This document shows, one piece after another, positions 14,010 through 25,863 of a DNA stretch of 64,000 nucleotides (position 1 is its first letter; each line of letters begins with the position of its first letter). Origin of the DNA: Lama glama. Its lineage: Eukaryota. Below the pieces are notes generated by a model. The model made no database searches and had not been told where the DNA came from. It worked only from the letters and a program-made list of their open reading frames with translations. The stretch lies in contig CM052818.1 in the NCBI GenBank assembly GCA_028534125.1, positions 13,146,001 to 13,210,000 on the forward strand, written 5' to 3'. The translations under genes and the position numbers were made by a program.

Positions 14010-14410
14010 ATTGACCTTTACCAGCAATGTCAGCAGTTTTTTAAAAAAAAATGGTTTTGCCCCTTTTCCCCTATGCCTCCTGCTCATCCCTAACTCACAT
14101 GCTAGAGGAGAAAGGAGCCTGGAAGAGGCAAGAATAAGAAAGTAGACCCTGTCCCTCCCACGCCAAGCCCCTTAGGAGGAAGGGGTGAGCCCCAAGTCAG
14201 GTATCAGCTTGCAGTATTTTCAGCTGGACCAGACAGGACTACACTTTCTTCTGCACCTAGAGGTGACTAGAAAGCTCTGGGATATACACACATCATTAAA
14301 AGACAACAAAGAGCATTTACACAGCATGGTTGAAGCCTGTGATTAGAGAAAAATGAAACCATTTTATTTATGTATCCAGTCCTGTTTAGACTCAAAACAC
14401 CAGACTATGA
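14010..14410 (+). mobile_element. Possible ancient Gypsy-like LTR fragment (MamGypLTR-like)
   Basis: 'gtgactagaaagctctgggat...catcattaaa...agagaaaaatgaaaccatttt' loosely resembles MamGypLTR 3' halves; weak. Confidence 0.3.
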
Positions 14411-14539
14411 GGAAATTATTTTCTTGATTTTCTTCCCAAAAAGGGAGAAGAGAGGAGAATAAATACCCAAGCCAATACAGAGGATCTAGAAACTCTGGTA
14501 TGGTGGAAAGATTCTAAAGACACACAGGTTCTAATGACA

Positions 14540-15265
14540 CTTCACTGATGATCGCCTACCTGTGCCTCTAGCCAGGACGGATGTCCTCAGTTTCCAATCC
14601 ACATATCTCACTGCCCACTGGACATCTCATTCAGGTGTTTAAGTTCCCCACACTCCGTAAGTTCAGGATTGAAAGCATAATCATCTACCCTCACCTTGCT
14701 TTCTCCTCCTACATTCTCAGTTGATCCAACCGTGCAGCTCCAGTGCCCTCACTGACCTTCATCAGCTCTTGCTTGTACTGCTGCTTACAGTACCTATACC
14801 ACCCCACCTCCTTGCTGCTCTCCTAGAATCATTCTCCATGCCTCCTTCTTCAGTATCCCAAATCCCTGATTATGGGTCCTGCCTACCTGCCCAGCCGCAC
14901 CTCTCACATCTTCACATACTTATGTAATGCCACCCACGCTAAGCTATTGGAACCCCACGATCTCTCCTGAGTTACTTTCTCTGCATGCTACTCTGTCAGA
15001 CATGTCCCTTCCTAGTGTCTTTGTATGAGCTACTCCAACTCATCTTCCTAAACTCAGTCACTGCGTCTTAGAAACCCAGCAGAGGTAAGTGCTACTCTCA
15101 CTACATTATGGTGTTTCCTAAGAAGAAAATACTAAGGGGCAGCTCCTTAGGAGACTCTGAGCTGACAGCCTAGAGCCTTGTCTTACTCCTGTTTGTGTTC
15201 CCTATGCTGAGCAGAGTGTCTTGTACACAGAAAGTGCTAAAAATTTTTATCAGAGAGAACAAATG
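14540..15265 (+). mobile_element. LINE-2 fragment
   Basis: 'cacatatctcactgcccactggacatctc' and tail 'tttgtgttccctatgctgagcagagtgtcttgtacacagaaagtgctaaaaat'. Confidence 0.65.
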
Positions 15266-15344
15266 AGACAACCAATGAAGATATGAATTCTGTCAAGGTT
15301 TTCTTCCAGAATATTCTGAAACGTAATATATGAAGCAATCATCA

Positions 15345-15490
15345 TACAGCAGGTCAAACTTTGAGTACTGCCCTCTGACTTTAAATAAGTCATGTGAATT
15401 TTTTTTTGATGGTTCCATGTCTCCGGTGTCAAATGGTGAGATCTCTAAAGAATTCTTCTCAGGTCTTATAGTCTGCGATGCTATGATTCT
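15345..15490 (+). mobile_element. MIR-family SINE fragment
   Basis: MIR core-like 'ggttccatgtctccggtgtcaaatgg' followed by 'tctctaaag...ctatgattct'. Confidence 0.5.
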
Positions 15491-15889
15491 GTGTTAATGC
15501 AGAATCAAGAAGGAAATGGGCTTAATTTAAAGTAGGAGAGACTCTAATGGGTCATAAGAAAGAACCCTTACCAAGGAAGAAAATGAGGGACATTTTGGGT
15601 TTTCTGTTCCCACACTTTTTAGGGGAAAACCACCCACTTGCTTTAAATGGTGAGTCATGCCCTGAATATGAGGGGCCATACAAGATTATTTTTTAATTTT
15701 ATCTCCTTTCCCACTTCTTAATTATTAGAATACAGACATCAAAGGCACAGGTAGAAATTCCCCTTTGGGAAAGATCAGGGGAAAGTTTATCAAAGAACTG
15801 CCGACTTGGTCCCAGGATCCAGCTTCCTTGTTTCAGCTGCTGAGCTACTGGGAAAGAATTGAGCAGTCACTGAAGGCACCGTCTGTAAC

Positions 15890-16040
15890 CCAGGGAAAGA
15901 GCTCTCACCAGATACCTGACCCTGCTGGTATTTTGATCAGGGTCGTCCAGTCTCCAGAAATGTGAGAAATTGATTCCAGGGGTTGAAGCCACTCAGTCTC
16001 TGGTATTTTGTTATGGTAGCCCAAACAGACTAAGATATAG
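15890..16040 (+). mobile_element. MaLR LTR 3' part (MLT1-type)
   Basis: 'ccagtctccagaaatgtgagaaatt...aagccactcagtctctggtattttgttatggtagcccaaacagactaagata', the canonical MLT1 end. Confidence 0.8.
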
Positions 16041-16092
16041 ATTATGCTTAACAGATCAAAATCCGTTAACGTCAAAATCTGTTAACACCAAA

Positions 16093-16484
16093 ATGGTTAA
16101 CTTCATGTATCAACTTGGCTAGGCTATGGTACCCGATGTTTGGTCAAACAGTGGTCTAGATGTTTCTGTGAAGGTATTTGTGACTGGGATTAATATTTAC
16201 AATCAGTGGACTTTAAGTGAAGCAGATTACCCTCCATTATGTGGATCCAATCAGCTGAAGGCCCTAAGAACACTGACTGTGGTTTCCCTAAAAAGAAGCA
16301 AGTCTGCTTCAAGACAGCAACACAGAAAGTCTGAGTTTCTAAGCTGCTGGATTGCCCTACAGATCTGGGACTCAAACCTGCAGCAACAACCTTTTACTAA
16401 ATTTCTGGCCTACTGGCCAGCCCTACAAACTTCAGACTTGCCACCTCTCCTCAATTGTTCCTTAAATTAATCTCTATTTCTCTA

Positions 16485-16533
<49 letters not shown>

Positions 16534-16590
16534 CAAGCATGTGCTATTTGGTTTTGTATCTCTCTAAAACTAAAATTTATGTCTAATATA
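16093..16590 (+). mobile_element. ERVL solo LTR (MLT2-type)
   Basis: 'atggttaacttcatgtatcaacttggctaggctatggtaccc...aagcagattaccctcc...ccaatcagctgaaggcc', with the internal (CT)n(GT)n typical of MLT2 and end 'tctaatata'. Confidence 0.85.
16471..16532. repeat. (CT)n(GT)n compound microsatellite
   Basis: Direct reading of the sequence. Confidence 0.95.
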
Positions 16591-16999
16591 TAAATTAAGC
16601 AAAATGTGTAACACAAACATGGAATATACCAAATAATATACTAAAATCATGACAGAGAGAGGGGACAAGAAGAAAGAAAACAGCACATCTTTCCCACTCT
16701 ATTTACAAAGGTTGAGGGGTAACTGACAGAGGTACAGAATAGCTATATTAGACTTAACTGATTTGGTTGATAAGTCTAAGCAAATATCATTAAATTAAAA
16801 CTCTTAGTATTGTCTACTATGATTATGTTTAAGCCATTGTTCTCCTTAGAGATAACAATGAACTTAGAGATTAAAAAATAAAATTTTCTCACTTGCATAG
16901 TTTTTCATTCATTCATCTCTCACATCTGCCTTCACATATGCCATATGCCTGACAAAAGATTTTTTCCCCCCACAGTGAACAAACATGAGATGTCCTGTC

Positions 17000-18419
17000 A
17001 ACTCTTTTTTTCTGGCATCCTCTCTTACCATTACCTCCAAGTCATCTTACTCCCCAAACCCAGCTCTGCAACACAGCTGTTACCCTAGGACTTCCCTCTT
17101 CCTTTCTCTATTTATTACTGCATGGTCTTCTTTCTGAAACCCATGTCCTCCTCTTTCTTGGTTTACTTACTCATTTTATTGGAGCACATCTTCCAGTAAC
17201 TTTCCAAGAAAGGTTAGACGGAAGGTACATTTTAAAAACACTATTATCCCTTAAAAATATCATTATTTTACTTCACAGTTGATTGATCATTTGCTTGGGT
17301 ATGAAATATTAAGATGAAGGTAACTCGCCCTCAATTTCAAAGACATTGTTTCTTTGTTTTCTAGAATTCAGTGTTGTTACTGTAAAGTCTGACTCCAATT
17401 CTTTTCTTTCTTTCCCCCCATATTGCAGAATTCTACAGTGGTTTTCTTTGATCTAGGTTTTACCCCATGGACTAAGGCATCAATGTACCTTTCAGAAACA
17501 CATGTCTTTTTGAATTTTGATTGGTTAAAAAAATACACATCTTTTGGTTTTTCTGTATTATTTCTATATTAATTTCCTATCCTTTTTATGTTGGTTTTTC
17601 TAGAACTCATATTGGATTTGAACCTCACTGACTGATCTACCTATCTTTCACCTCCTATTTTCCATGTGTGCTTTATATTTACTTTCTAGAAGATACCTGC
17701 CAAATTTTTCTTTGAATTTATTGTGGCTAAGTATGTTTTTATTTACAAGACTTTCCGTCTATTCCTTAATTGTTCCTTTATCACAGTGTCCCGTTCTTAG
17801 TTCATAAATAAAATATCCTAAATCTAAGAATATTAAATATGGTTATTTTAACATTTCCTTGTCTGCATTTTCTATACTCTTTCCCACAATTTGTTCATAT
17901 CAGTATTTCTTTCACATTGAAAGCTTTCTTCTAATGCTTGTGATCTTTGCCTGTGTATTCATATTTACAAGTTGAGGCACTAAAAAATCTCAGTGGAAGC
18001 TTGCAATGTATGGGCTGGGCATGTTGCCTTGAGGCTTCACCAATGAAGGCCTCACTGAAGAGGAAATCAATCATAGAGAAGTTTTTTTTTTGGAGACACT
18101 CTCAAATATACAGATCTGAAAAGCTTTTCATCCCGGAGTCATTCTGTTTCTCAAGACACTCACTGTCCACTCTTCTGCCTCAGAAGTACCTACTGTGTAG
18201 ATTTAATGAATCTCCTCATTTTCAGCCCTGTGATTTTTCTTTGCCCTCTGTTACACACGTGATATCCCTGACTGCAGAGCTTCCCAGTTAATCTCCCCAA
18301 AGAAGAACCTCAGTTCTATTAAAAAGAGTTTCATAGGAGGCTGGTGAGGAGAGCATTGCATGACCATGTCATGTAGAGGGGGCCAAGGATCCAAAAACTC
18401 TGTTCCTTATGAACCTTTT
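17000..18419 (-). mobile_element. HAL1 (half-L1) element, 3'/middle part
   Basis: 'cacatcttccagtaactttccaagaaagg...ttgattgatcatttgcttgggtatgaaat...ttctagaattcagtgttgttactgtaaagtctga' and 'tcatatttacaagttgaggcactaaaaa' match HAL1 antisense as I recall it. Confidence 0.7.
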
Positions 18420-18424
18420 CAGAT

Positions 18425-18715
18425 TTTTAAAAATCAATTTCTATATATAGCAACAAACATCTCAATAAAAATTAAATTAAAAAAATTTAAATCAAACCCA
18501 TTTGCAATAGCATCAAACAAAATCAAGTACCTAGGGGCACACCTAACAAAATATGCACAAGACTTCTATATGAAAAACACAAAAAGAAAAAAAAATACTG
18601 AGCAAAATGAAGAGCTAAGTAGAGTGATATATACCTTTATTCATGGATTGGAAAACTCAATATTGTAAATATATCACTTTCTCCCAAACTGATATACAAT
18701 TTCAGTGCAATTCCC
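18425..18715 (+). mobile_element. L1 ORF2 fragment (post-RT region)
   Basis: ORF 18360-18668 contains 'PFAIASNKIKYLGAHLTKYAQDFY', a typical L1 ORF2 motif. Resumes briefly at ~19291-19310 ('cttgataagcttattctaaa') after the LTR. Confidence 0.85.
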
Positions 18716-19290
18716 CAAGAAAGAGAAAAGCAGCTCCCAACATCTGGGTGTTTGCCAATCCTATCAGCTGGACAGTGTGCTGTTACAGGCTGGCCTAGTC
18801 CTCACACATAGGCTGGTGTTCTCCCGTTAAACGTTAACAGTTCCACCGAACATCAGACAAGAACACCCAGTGCCCATGGTGGATCAAAACAAGACCGGTC
18901 TGTAATCAAGCCTGGAAAGAGACAGGACACGAATACTGTCCATGCCACAAACTACCAAACAGTCCCGTATCCTAGCAAAGATGAAACTGTTGCTTCTTTA
19001 CCAATATAGCTTTAGCACAGTCTAGTCTTGCCTCTTAGGTAAGCTTTTATTAAGATACCTAATAAAAGAAATTACCCCCCTGTTTCCTGATTCAGAGCAA
19101 ACACTTCCTTAAACTTTCCATAAAATTATGTAATACAACCCTAAACTCTACAATACATCTTTAATACCCTCTAGCTGAGATGTGCTATGGTTCCCCATGA
19201 TGTACACTCTCTCTCACTGGAATAAGTAATAAATGCAATTTATACAACTACAAGTATATCCCTGGTTTTCTTTGCCTGCAGGATATTATA
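18716..19290 (+). mobile_element. ERV1-class solo LTR (MER67-like)
   Basis: 'aacatcagacaagaacacccagtgcccatggtggatcaaaacaagacc...gcttctttaccaat...agtaataaa...cctggttttctttgcctgcaggatattata'; polyA signal near the 3' end; interrupts the L1 ORF2 fragment. Confidence 0.7.
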
Positions 19291-19409
19291 CTTGATAAGC
19301 TTATTCTAAATGTTGAAATATTATTCTCTTATGTCAAATTTTTTTGAGTTTTTTCTAGTTATATCTTCCTTTGAATTTTTATCGTAATTTTTTTTATTGG
19401 AGAATATAC

Positions 19410-19801
19410 TGTTAAAATCACAAAATTCAAATGAGTAAGTGTGAAAGATACTATTGGCCTTATTCAATGATTCATGAAATGGGCAGCATCCCATCTAGCA
19501 GACAGAAAGGAGCTCCGAGTTGCTATACAAAATCAAAGACGTTTACAGGCAGAAGGGAGCAGGACAACGAAGTTATACCAGTCAAAATGGGATCGGTTGT
19601 AGCCAGGCCACCTTCCTTTAAGGGACGGCAGGGGTCTACCAGGCAGACAACTCATTAGTACTGAGCAGACAGCTCCTGACTGAATGGCACAAAACTCCAC
19701 TTCTGGGAGAGACCAGAAGTGTGATTAAGGTAACTCTCAGTTTGGTAACGGGGGAGTAACATAAGTGCCCCGACTTTGGGCCTGTTGTCTTATTTTTGAC
19801 A
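19410..19801 (-). mobile_element. ERV1-class solo LTR (MER57-like)
   Basis: TG...CA termini (tgttaaaa / tttttgaca); 'attcaatgattcatgaaatgggcagcatcccatctag' resembles MER57-group LTRs in antisense. No clean TSD seen. Confidence 0.6.
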
Positions 19802-19829
19802 GGCATTTTGGGGCCTGTTGATTTCAGTG

Positions 19830-20114
19830 GCTTGAAATGTATTGAGAAATCTGTTCTCATTCTGGTAAATGTTCCATGTTAACTGGGAACAAATGTATAT
19901 AATATTGTATATGAAGGTATAGAATAAAGAATGCATATTCTTTAACTGTTCATTTTAATATTCTATCTATATCAATGAGGTTAAGTTCATTAGTCATTTT
20001 GTTTAAATTTTTCATATCTCAACTGAACTCTTCTGTTTGTTCTAAAAGCTTCCAAGAGACATTAATGCCTTGCACTCTGTGTGTGTGTTTGTTTTACTTG
20101 GCCTTTTAGTTCCA
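19830..20114 (-). mobile_element. L1 ORF2 endonuclease-region fragment, antisense
   Basis: 'tctggtaaatgttccatgt...gaatgcatattct...ttgtttaaatttttcatatctc' is antisense L1 EN sequence; ~19311-19409 may be part of the same fragment. Confidence 0.7.
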
Positions 20115-20129
20115 CCTTGTGAACCTTTT

Positions 20130-20490
20130 AAATGAAGGTGTTGTGGCAGTTTTCAGACCTACTGCACTGCCACCACCTGTAGTATCTACTTCTAAGACCA
20201 TTAGGATTCTGTAAGATGAATCAAATTGTTTCTGGTCAGTATACCCCTCTGCAAGATACAAGGTGGTAGCTTCCTCCTCTTTCCTAAGTTGGTTACCACT
20301 CCTCTTTATGCTTTTTATCTTGCTAAACTTTATTAAAGTCTATTATCCACTGATGCCTCCAACCCATTTTCTTTAGCCTTGGGGCTATTAATATCATTTA
20401 ATAACTTTACTAGTGTTTGGTAGCAGTTTGGTTGAAAAAGAGAGGCGAAGAAAAAAAAAAGTGGTCACCTTGTCACACTAAATTGTGTCC
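20130..20490 (-). mobile_element. HAL1 5' end (continuation of 17000-18419)
   Basis: 'ttttcagacctactgcac...ctaagttggttaccactc...ctttactagtg' resembles the HAL1 5' terminus in antisense. Confidence 0.6.
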
Positions 20491-20679
20491 AAAGCCCGGG
20501 ACCATCTTATTAGTCTCACACACACAGTCCAGCTAACATATTTAGAAATGAACCCCCCATTCACCCTCACCCCTCTTAGCTTTCAACCAAGTTTCTTGGT
20601 CTAGGCAGAAACTGGAAGACTGGAAGGAAGCTCACAAATACAAATGGTGCAGAACTTAAGCCTTTCCCTCCATGTCATC

Positions 20680-21460
20680 AATGCCATCATTTGTCAAAGA
20701 CAGCAGGGACCTGGCCAGGGATGGCCCGCCACTGATAGGAATAGCCAAGATCTGATATATTTATGCCCCTGAGCACAGTGTCTTTATGCTGTACCTGAAA
20801 CAACCCAGCCTTTGACCTAGCTTCCTGATCTGAGACTTCTCTCCTCCCCAGACAGGGGAAATGCCTGCCCTTGCCTTTGTGCCTCACCTCCCATCAGACA
20901 TGGAGAGTTGTTCAGCCACTGACCTACTAATTGGTCCAAACCTTTGGGACAGGATGATGGATCAGGAGAAGCTTGACACGAAGGGGAAAAAAGCTGAAGG
21001 ACTTAATGTCACTTGCTTGTCTCTTTATAAGGCAACTGCCAGCATCTCTGCCCTGAAACTCACCTGCATCACTCTGACACCTGCTGTGTAGTGTCTGTGG
21101 ACCCAAAGCAAACAGACTGCATAAAATAGGGTACAAAACAGCTCTGGCTCACATACAATGCCCCCCTACTTCCAGTCTGTGCTCTTGCCTTCTTGGCATC
21201 TTGGCCAGCCTAGCCAATGACACCTGCCTGCTCCTCTCCACTGCAGCTTTGCTGTCTGGTCCAATCCTGTGCTTGCCTGAGCACACTCAGAACCTACCAG
21301 TCCTCCCACTGAGCTCGGTCCAGTGGTAATTCATTACTCAAGTTATTCTTATCTTTACTGAAGACCAGTTCCTGATCAAAATCTATAGCTCCTCAAAACT
21401 GAGCCACATCTGACCCAAATCTGACTCTAGCCTCAAAATTCCATCTTAGTAAATCCTACA
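20680..21460 (-). mobile_element. Possible ancient LTR (LTR78/79-like)
   Basis: 'tgacctagcttcctgatctg...cctgcccttgcctttgtgcctc' style motifs; weak recollection only. Confidence 0.25.
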
Positions 21461-21725
21461 GAAGTGATAATGTAGTGGACCAGTAACAGTTTAGACACTG
21501 GAGCCAGATAGACCTAGGTTCAATTCCAGCCCTGCTGGAACTTATTAGCTGTGGGATCGTGAGTGAGTTGCTCCATCTCCTTAAGCCTATTTCCTCATCT
21601 GGAAAATGAAGATAATAATAAATCCTAATTCAAAGAGTTGTGAGGATTCAAAGAAATAATACATCAATTATCAATTAGCAGAATACCTACACAGAACAAG
21701 CACCTGTTAAGTACTAATCCATTCC
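21461..21725 (+). mobile_element. MIR SINE, near full length
   Basis: 'ctggagccagatagacctaggttcaattccagc...tttcctcatctggaaaatgaagataataa...gttgtgaggattcaa'. Confidence 0.85.
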
Positions 21726-23129
21726 ATCAAAGATGACTTGAACCAGTAATAAATTCAATGGTTTCCCCACAGACTATCTGGGAAGCATCACATGGACACT
21801 GCCTACCTTGGGTTCCTAAATTAATCATCTTTATCTTTAGTGCTAATTTCTGGATGCTTCTAAATCCCTCAGCCTTCAAACACACCATCAAGGCCAATCT
21901 TTCAGATCTATTACAATATCTAATGCACGTTAAAATAGCAAAAAGAAATTTAAATGAAATGTTATTAAAATTAATTTGAACTTGTAAAAATAACTACAAA
22001 AATAACTCCTCTAGGTTTAACAGTTCTTGATTTAAATGGAAAAGCCAACTATGCTTAGGGGTGCACAGTAATTGACATAATATTGCAGATATCCACAAAG
22101 TATAGATTATTTTTCATCCCAAGTGTTTAAATGGAAATAATAGGATACCACTGCATTCAAAGCTTGTCTTGCCCTTTGATATTTTATGATCACGTTTTCT
22201 TTGGACATCTGAGTGGTCAGCAACATTGTACTTAATTACCCAGAACTCTTGAAGATCAGCCTCCAAAGATATCTAGTGAATTAACAGGAGAATAAACTAT
22301 TTTAAGGTATTGCTCTTTACCATCAAATCAATTATATGAATAATGCTTAAGAAAACGATGCTAATTCTTCTACAACTTCTAAAATTTTGTCAACTTCAAA
22401 TCACGAAGAAATCAAACTTTCCTGGATCCTACCACTAATGAATGTAATGGAAAGGGGCAAATCAGCCAATCCCGACTGACATAAACACATGTATACATTC
22501 ACTGGCAAGACCTTAATTCCTGCAGTGGGATGAAAACAGGTGGGGAGCACCTAGGACTCACTGAGCCTGACAATGCCATTACTGTGAGAAGTCATTCAGC
22601 AGACAAGACTCTTAACAGCAGCCCAACTGACAGATATGCTCACTCCATGTTGAGTTTAAAATAAAAATCACCAGCAAAGCTAATGTGGAAGGAAAATCTA
22701 ACAGTGCTGTTTCTGGTAATGGATCATCTGAGATAACCCAAGGGAATGAATGGGGGTTAACTCCATCTTGTGCCCAGAGTGAGCTCAACTTAGAAGGCTA
22801 ACTTTATCCTCACTTAAATTTTCTGTATATACACATGTACATATATATACACATTATATATGTAAAAAATTAAATATCATCACTTAAAAAACAAACAAAC
22901 AAAAACAACGGCTTGCTTTCCCGGTACTTTTTCAGTGAAGGGGATGGGGGAGCTAATGGGACGAGTGAGACAACATCAAGTACCTAGAAGGAGATTTCCC
23001 ATCACATGCTTAAATTATGAGGGCTGAATGTGACCCTGGGGGTTGGCGTTGCTGGTGGGAAAGTGCCATACTCTTCCTCGGGGGAGCACTCCTTGTGATG
23101 GATTTGATGAATCATCAATACATATTAGC

Positions 23130-23963
23130 AAAGGCAGATTTACTGTGACGATAATGAACTTAGGCATTAAGACTCGCACTCACATGGGCCTCTTCCGAGG
23201 ACTTGGGAGGAGCCCTAGCAATGTGTTCATAGCAGACTTAGGTTTTGTAAATTCTGCAAAAGTGAGATCTTTTACCACAACCACTGAGAAAGCTTCCCCC
23301 TACTCCAACTTTTCCTCCATCACACACCCTGTCAAACACAACACCCTGCAGGTGGTGTAGTAACATCAATGGGATCAAACCAAGGAGAAGTTGAGTTGGG
23401 AGTATACAGTTAGTTGGGATTTAGGAGGATACATTTATGTGCTTCTGTGTGAGGTAAGTTATGACTAGGGGTCCTGGTGGAAAAAAAGGCTTCCAGGAAT
23501 GTTCCTGCCATACATGGTCCTAATTCCACTCATGTCATGATCCAAAGATGCAGGGCAAGAGACTGCAAGATAATGTGGCCTAAGTTGCCCAGCACCGAAA
23601 AGAAATGGGGTGGAAGGAGAAAACAAGGCTTGAAATAAACGTCAAGAGCCAGAAATCAGTCTATGGAAAAGTGTCCCAAATCTTACAGAAAGACATTTTC
23701 AGTGAAAGAAATTTGAGTTTCCCAAATTTGACAGCAGTGCCAAAAAATATATGTGACACTACTAATAAAATCTAAAATTTTTCTAAACTAGCAATAAAAA
23801 ACAATGTCCAGTCAACCTGGATAAAGGGAAAACAATTACCTAAGTTCTTGATAGAAAATATTACAAAAATCATCATTGTACAAAGTGATCAGAGACCATG
23901 CAGCCAAAAACTGTTTTCAAAAATCAGACAATGATGGCAATTAGAAAACTACATAACTTTTCT
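23130..23963 (+). mobile_element. hAT-Tip100 non-autonomous element (MER115/Zaphod-like), 3' end cut off by L1 and gap
   Basis: 'ggcagatttactgtgacgataatgaacttagg...gggcctcttccgaggacttgggaggagccctagcaatgtgttca...aagttgagttggg...ggagaaaacaaggcttgaaat' matches MER115 as I recall it. Confidence 0.7.
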
Positions 23964-24391
23964 GAGGAAACCCTCCTACACTGCTGGTGGGAATGCAGTT
24001 TGGTGCAGCCACTGTGGAAAACAGTATGGAGATTCCTCAAAAGACTAAAAATATACTTACCATAGGACTCAGGAATCCCACTCCTGGGCATATATCCAGA
24101 AGGAACCCTACTTCAAAAAGACACCTGTACCTCAATGTTCATAGCAGCACTATTTGCAATAGCCAAGACATGGAAACAGCCTAAATGTCCACCAACAGAT
24201 GACTGGATAAAGAAGATGTGGTATATTTATACAATGGAATACTATTCAGCCATAAAAACCAACAACAATGCCATTCGCAGCAACATGGATGTTCCTGGAG
24301 AATGTCATTCTAAGTGAAGTAAGCTAGAAAGAGAAAGAAAAAATACCATATGAGATCACTCATATGTGGAATCTAAAAAAAAAAAAAAATG
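23964..24391 (+). mobile_element. Young camelid-type L1, 5'-truncated; ORF2 C-terminus running into the gap
   Basis: ORF 24135-24317 'MFIAALFAIAKTWKQPKCPPTDDWIKKMWYIYTMEYYSAIK' is the canonical L1 ORF2 C-terminus with low divergence. Confidence 0.95.
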
Positions 24392-24891
24392 NNNNNNNNN
24401 NNNNNNNNNNNNNNNNNNNNNNNNNNNNNNNNNNNNNNNNNNNNNNNNNNNNNNNNNNNNNNNNNNNNNNNNNNNNNNNNNNNNNNNNNNNNNNNNNNNN
24501 NNNNNNNNNNNNNNNNNNNNNNNNNNNNNNNNNNNNNNNNNNNNNNNNNNNNNNNNNNNNNNNNNNNNNNNNNNNNNNNNNNNNNNNNNNNNNNNNNNNN
24601 NNNNNNNNNNNNNNNNNNNNNNNNNNNNNNNNNNNNNNNNNNNNNNNNNNNNNNNNNNNNNNNNNNNNNNNNNNNNNNNNNNNNNNNNNNNNNNNNNNNN
24701 NNNNNNNNNNNNNNNNNNNNNNNNNNNNNNNNNNNNNNNNNNNNNNNNNNNNNNNNNNNNNNNNNNNNNNNNNNNNNNNNNNNNNNNNNNNNNNNNNNNN
24801 NNNNNNNNNNNNNNNNNNNNNNNNNNNNNNNNNNNNNNNNNNNNNNNNNNNNNNNNNNNNNNNNNNNNNNNNNNNNNNNNNNNNNNNNNNN
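24392..24891. other. Assembly gap, exactly 500 N
   Basis: Counted directly; the round number indicates a placeholder. Confidence 1.
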
Positions 24892-24899
24892 ACCACACA

Positions 24900-25065
24900 A
24901 ATTTGCCTTAAGTCACCAGCACTGTTTCTACTTTACAAATAGCAAATTCACAGCTAGCTCATTCTCATCTCACAAGATGGGAAGTTCTTGAGAACAGGGG
25001 CCATGTCATATGCCATACCTTACATATACTTGATGCTCAGTCAGTAAACGTTGGATAAATTAAAC
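24900..25065 (+). mobile_element. LINE-2 3' tail fragment
   Basis: 'gaagttcttgagaacaggggccatgtc...gctcagtcagtaaacgttggataaattaa'. Confidence 0.5.
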
Positions 25066-25409
25066 TAAGCAAAATGAGGCATAGATCGTATGAATACAAT
25101 CAAAGTGATCCTACTGGGCTGTAAGGCATGTAGAATTTCAGACTGGCTTAAATGCAATAAATCTACCACAAGAATTTGGTTAGCTGATGCATGATTGTTC
25201 AGAATGGCAGCAAGCCTGCACCTGAGTCACTCTGGATGCAGCAGGGTGTGCATACAGCATCGTAAAGGACAGAAAGAGGATGGAACACGTGAGCTTATAA
25301 ACTATCAATCCTGCTGCCCTATTTCCCTCTGCAAGCCTCAGGGTTTCAATTCTAGCCCAAGAATAGCACAGTATGTTTATATAGATAGTCCTGTGGTTTG
25401 CAAAGTGCT

Positions 25410-25600
25410 ACCACAGGTTTCTCCACAATCTTTCTGATGAAGGAGGTTTCATTTTCTCCAAGTAAGAGATGAGAAGACTGCAGTTCCAAGAGGCTTTGCA
25501 AATTTCCCTAGATCACTCAAGGACAAGACTGACTGATGTAAGATGCAAGCTCAGGGTCCTAATTCAGGATTATTCAGTGCTGTGTCAACTTTATCACTAA
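25410..25600 (-). mobile_element. MIR SINE fragment
   Basis: 'attttctccaagtaagagatgagaagactgcagttccaagagg...aatttccctagatcac' is the antisense MIR core. Confidence 0.55.
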
Positions 25601-25819
25601 AGCAGATCTTTTTTAAACAGATGAAAACAAAAAACCTAATTTGTACGTGATGGTTTTGTAACACCAAGGTACATTTTAAAAATTTCGTTAGTTTTTGCAC
25701 AGATCTATGACAAATAGATATCTAATAATCAAAGGTTAAATGCCCTGGAACCATGCATAGACTATTCAGGCTGAATAAGATACTTAACCAATGAGTGGAA
25801 TCACAAGGAATGCTTTTTA

Positions 25820-25863
25820 TTTTTTTATCTTAAACGTTTTTTATTGAGTTGTATAGTCATTTT
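25820..25863 (-). mobile_element. Ultra-truncated L1 3' tip with 17-bp TSD
   Basis: Minus strand reads aaaatgactatacaactcAATAAAaaacgtttaagataaaaaaa; flanked by acaaggaatgcttttta (25803-25819) and acaaggaatgtttttta (25864-25880). Confidence 0.75.

Noticed and set aside
23043..23360. 105-aa ORF
   Set aside because: Mostly overlies the non-coding MER115-like element; no recognisable protein.
24356..24991. Six long ORFs of 175-200 aa
   Set aside because: Artefacts of translating the 500-N gap (poly-X).
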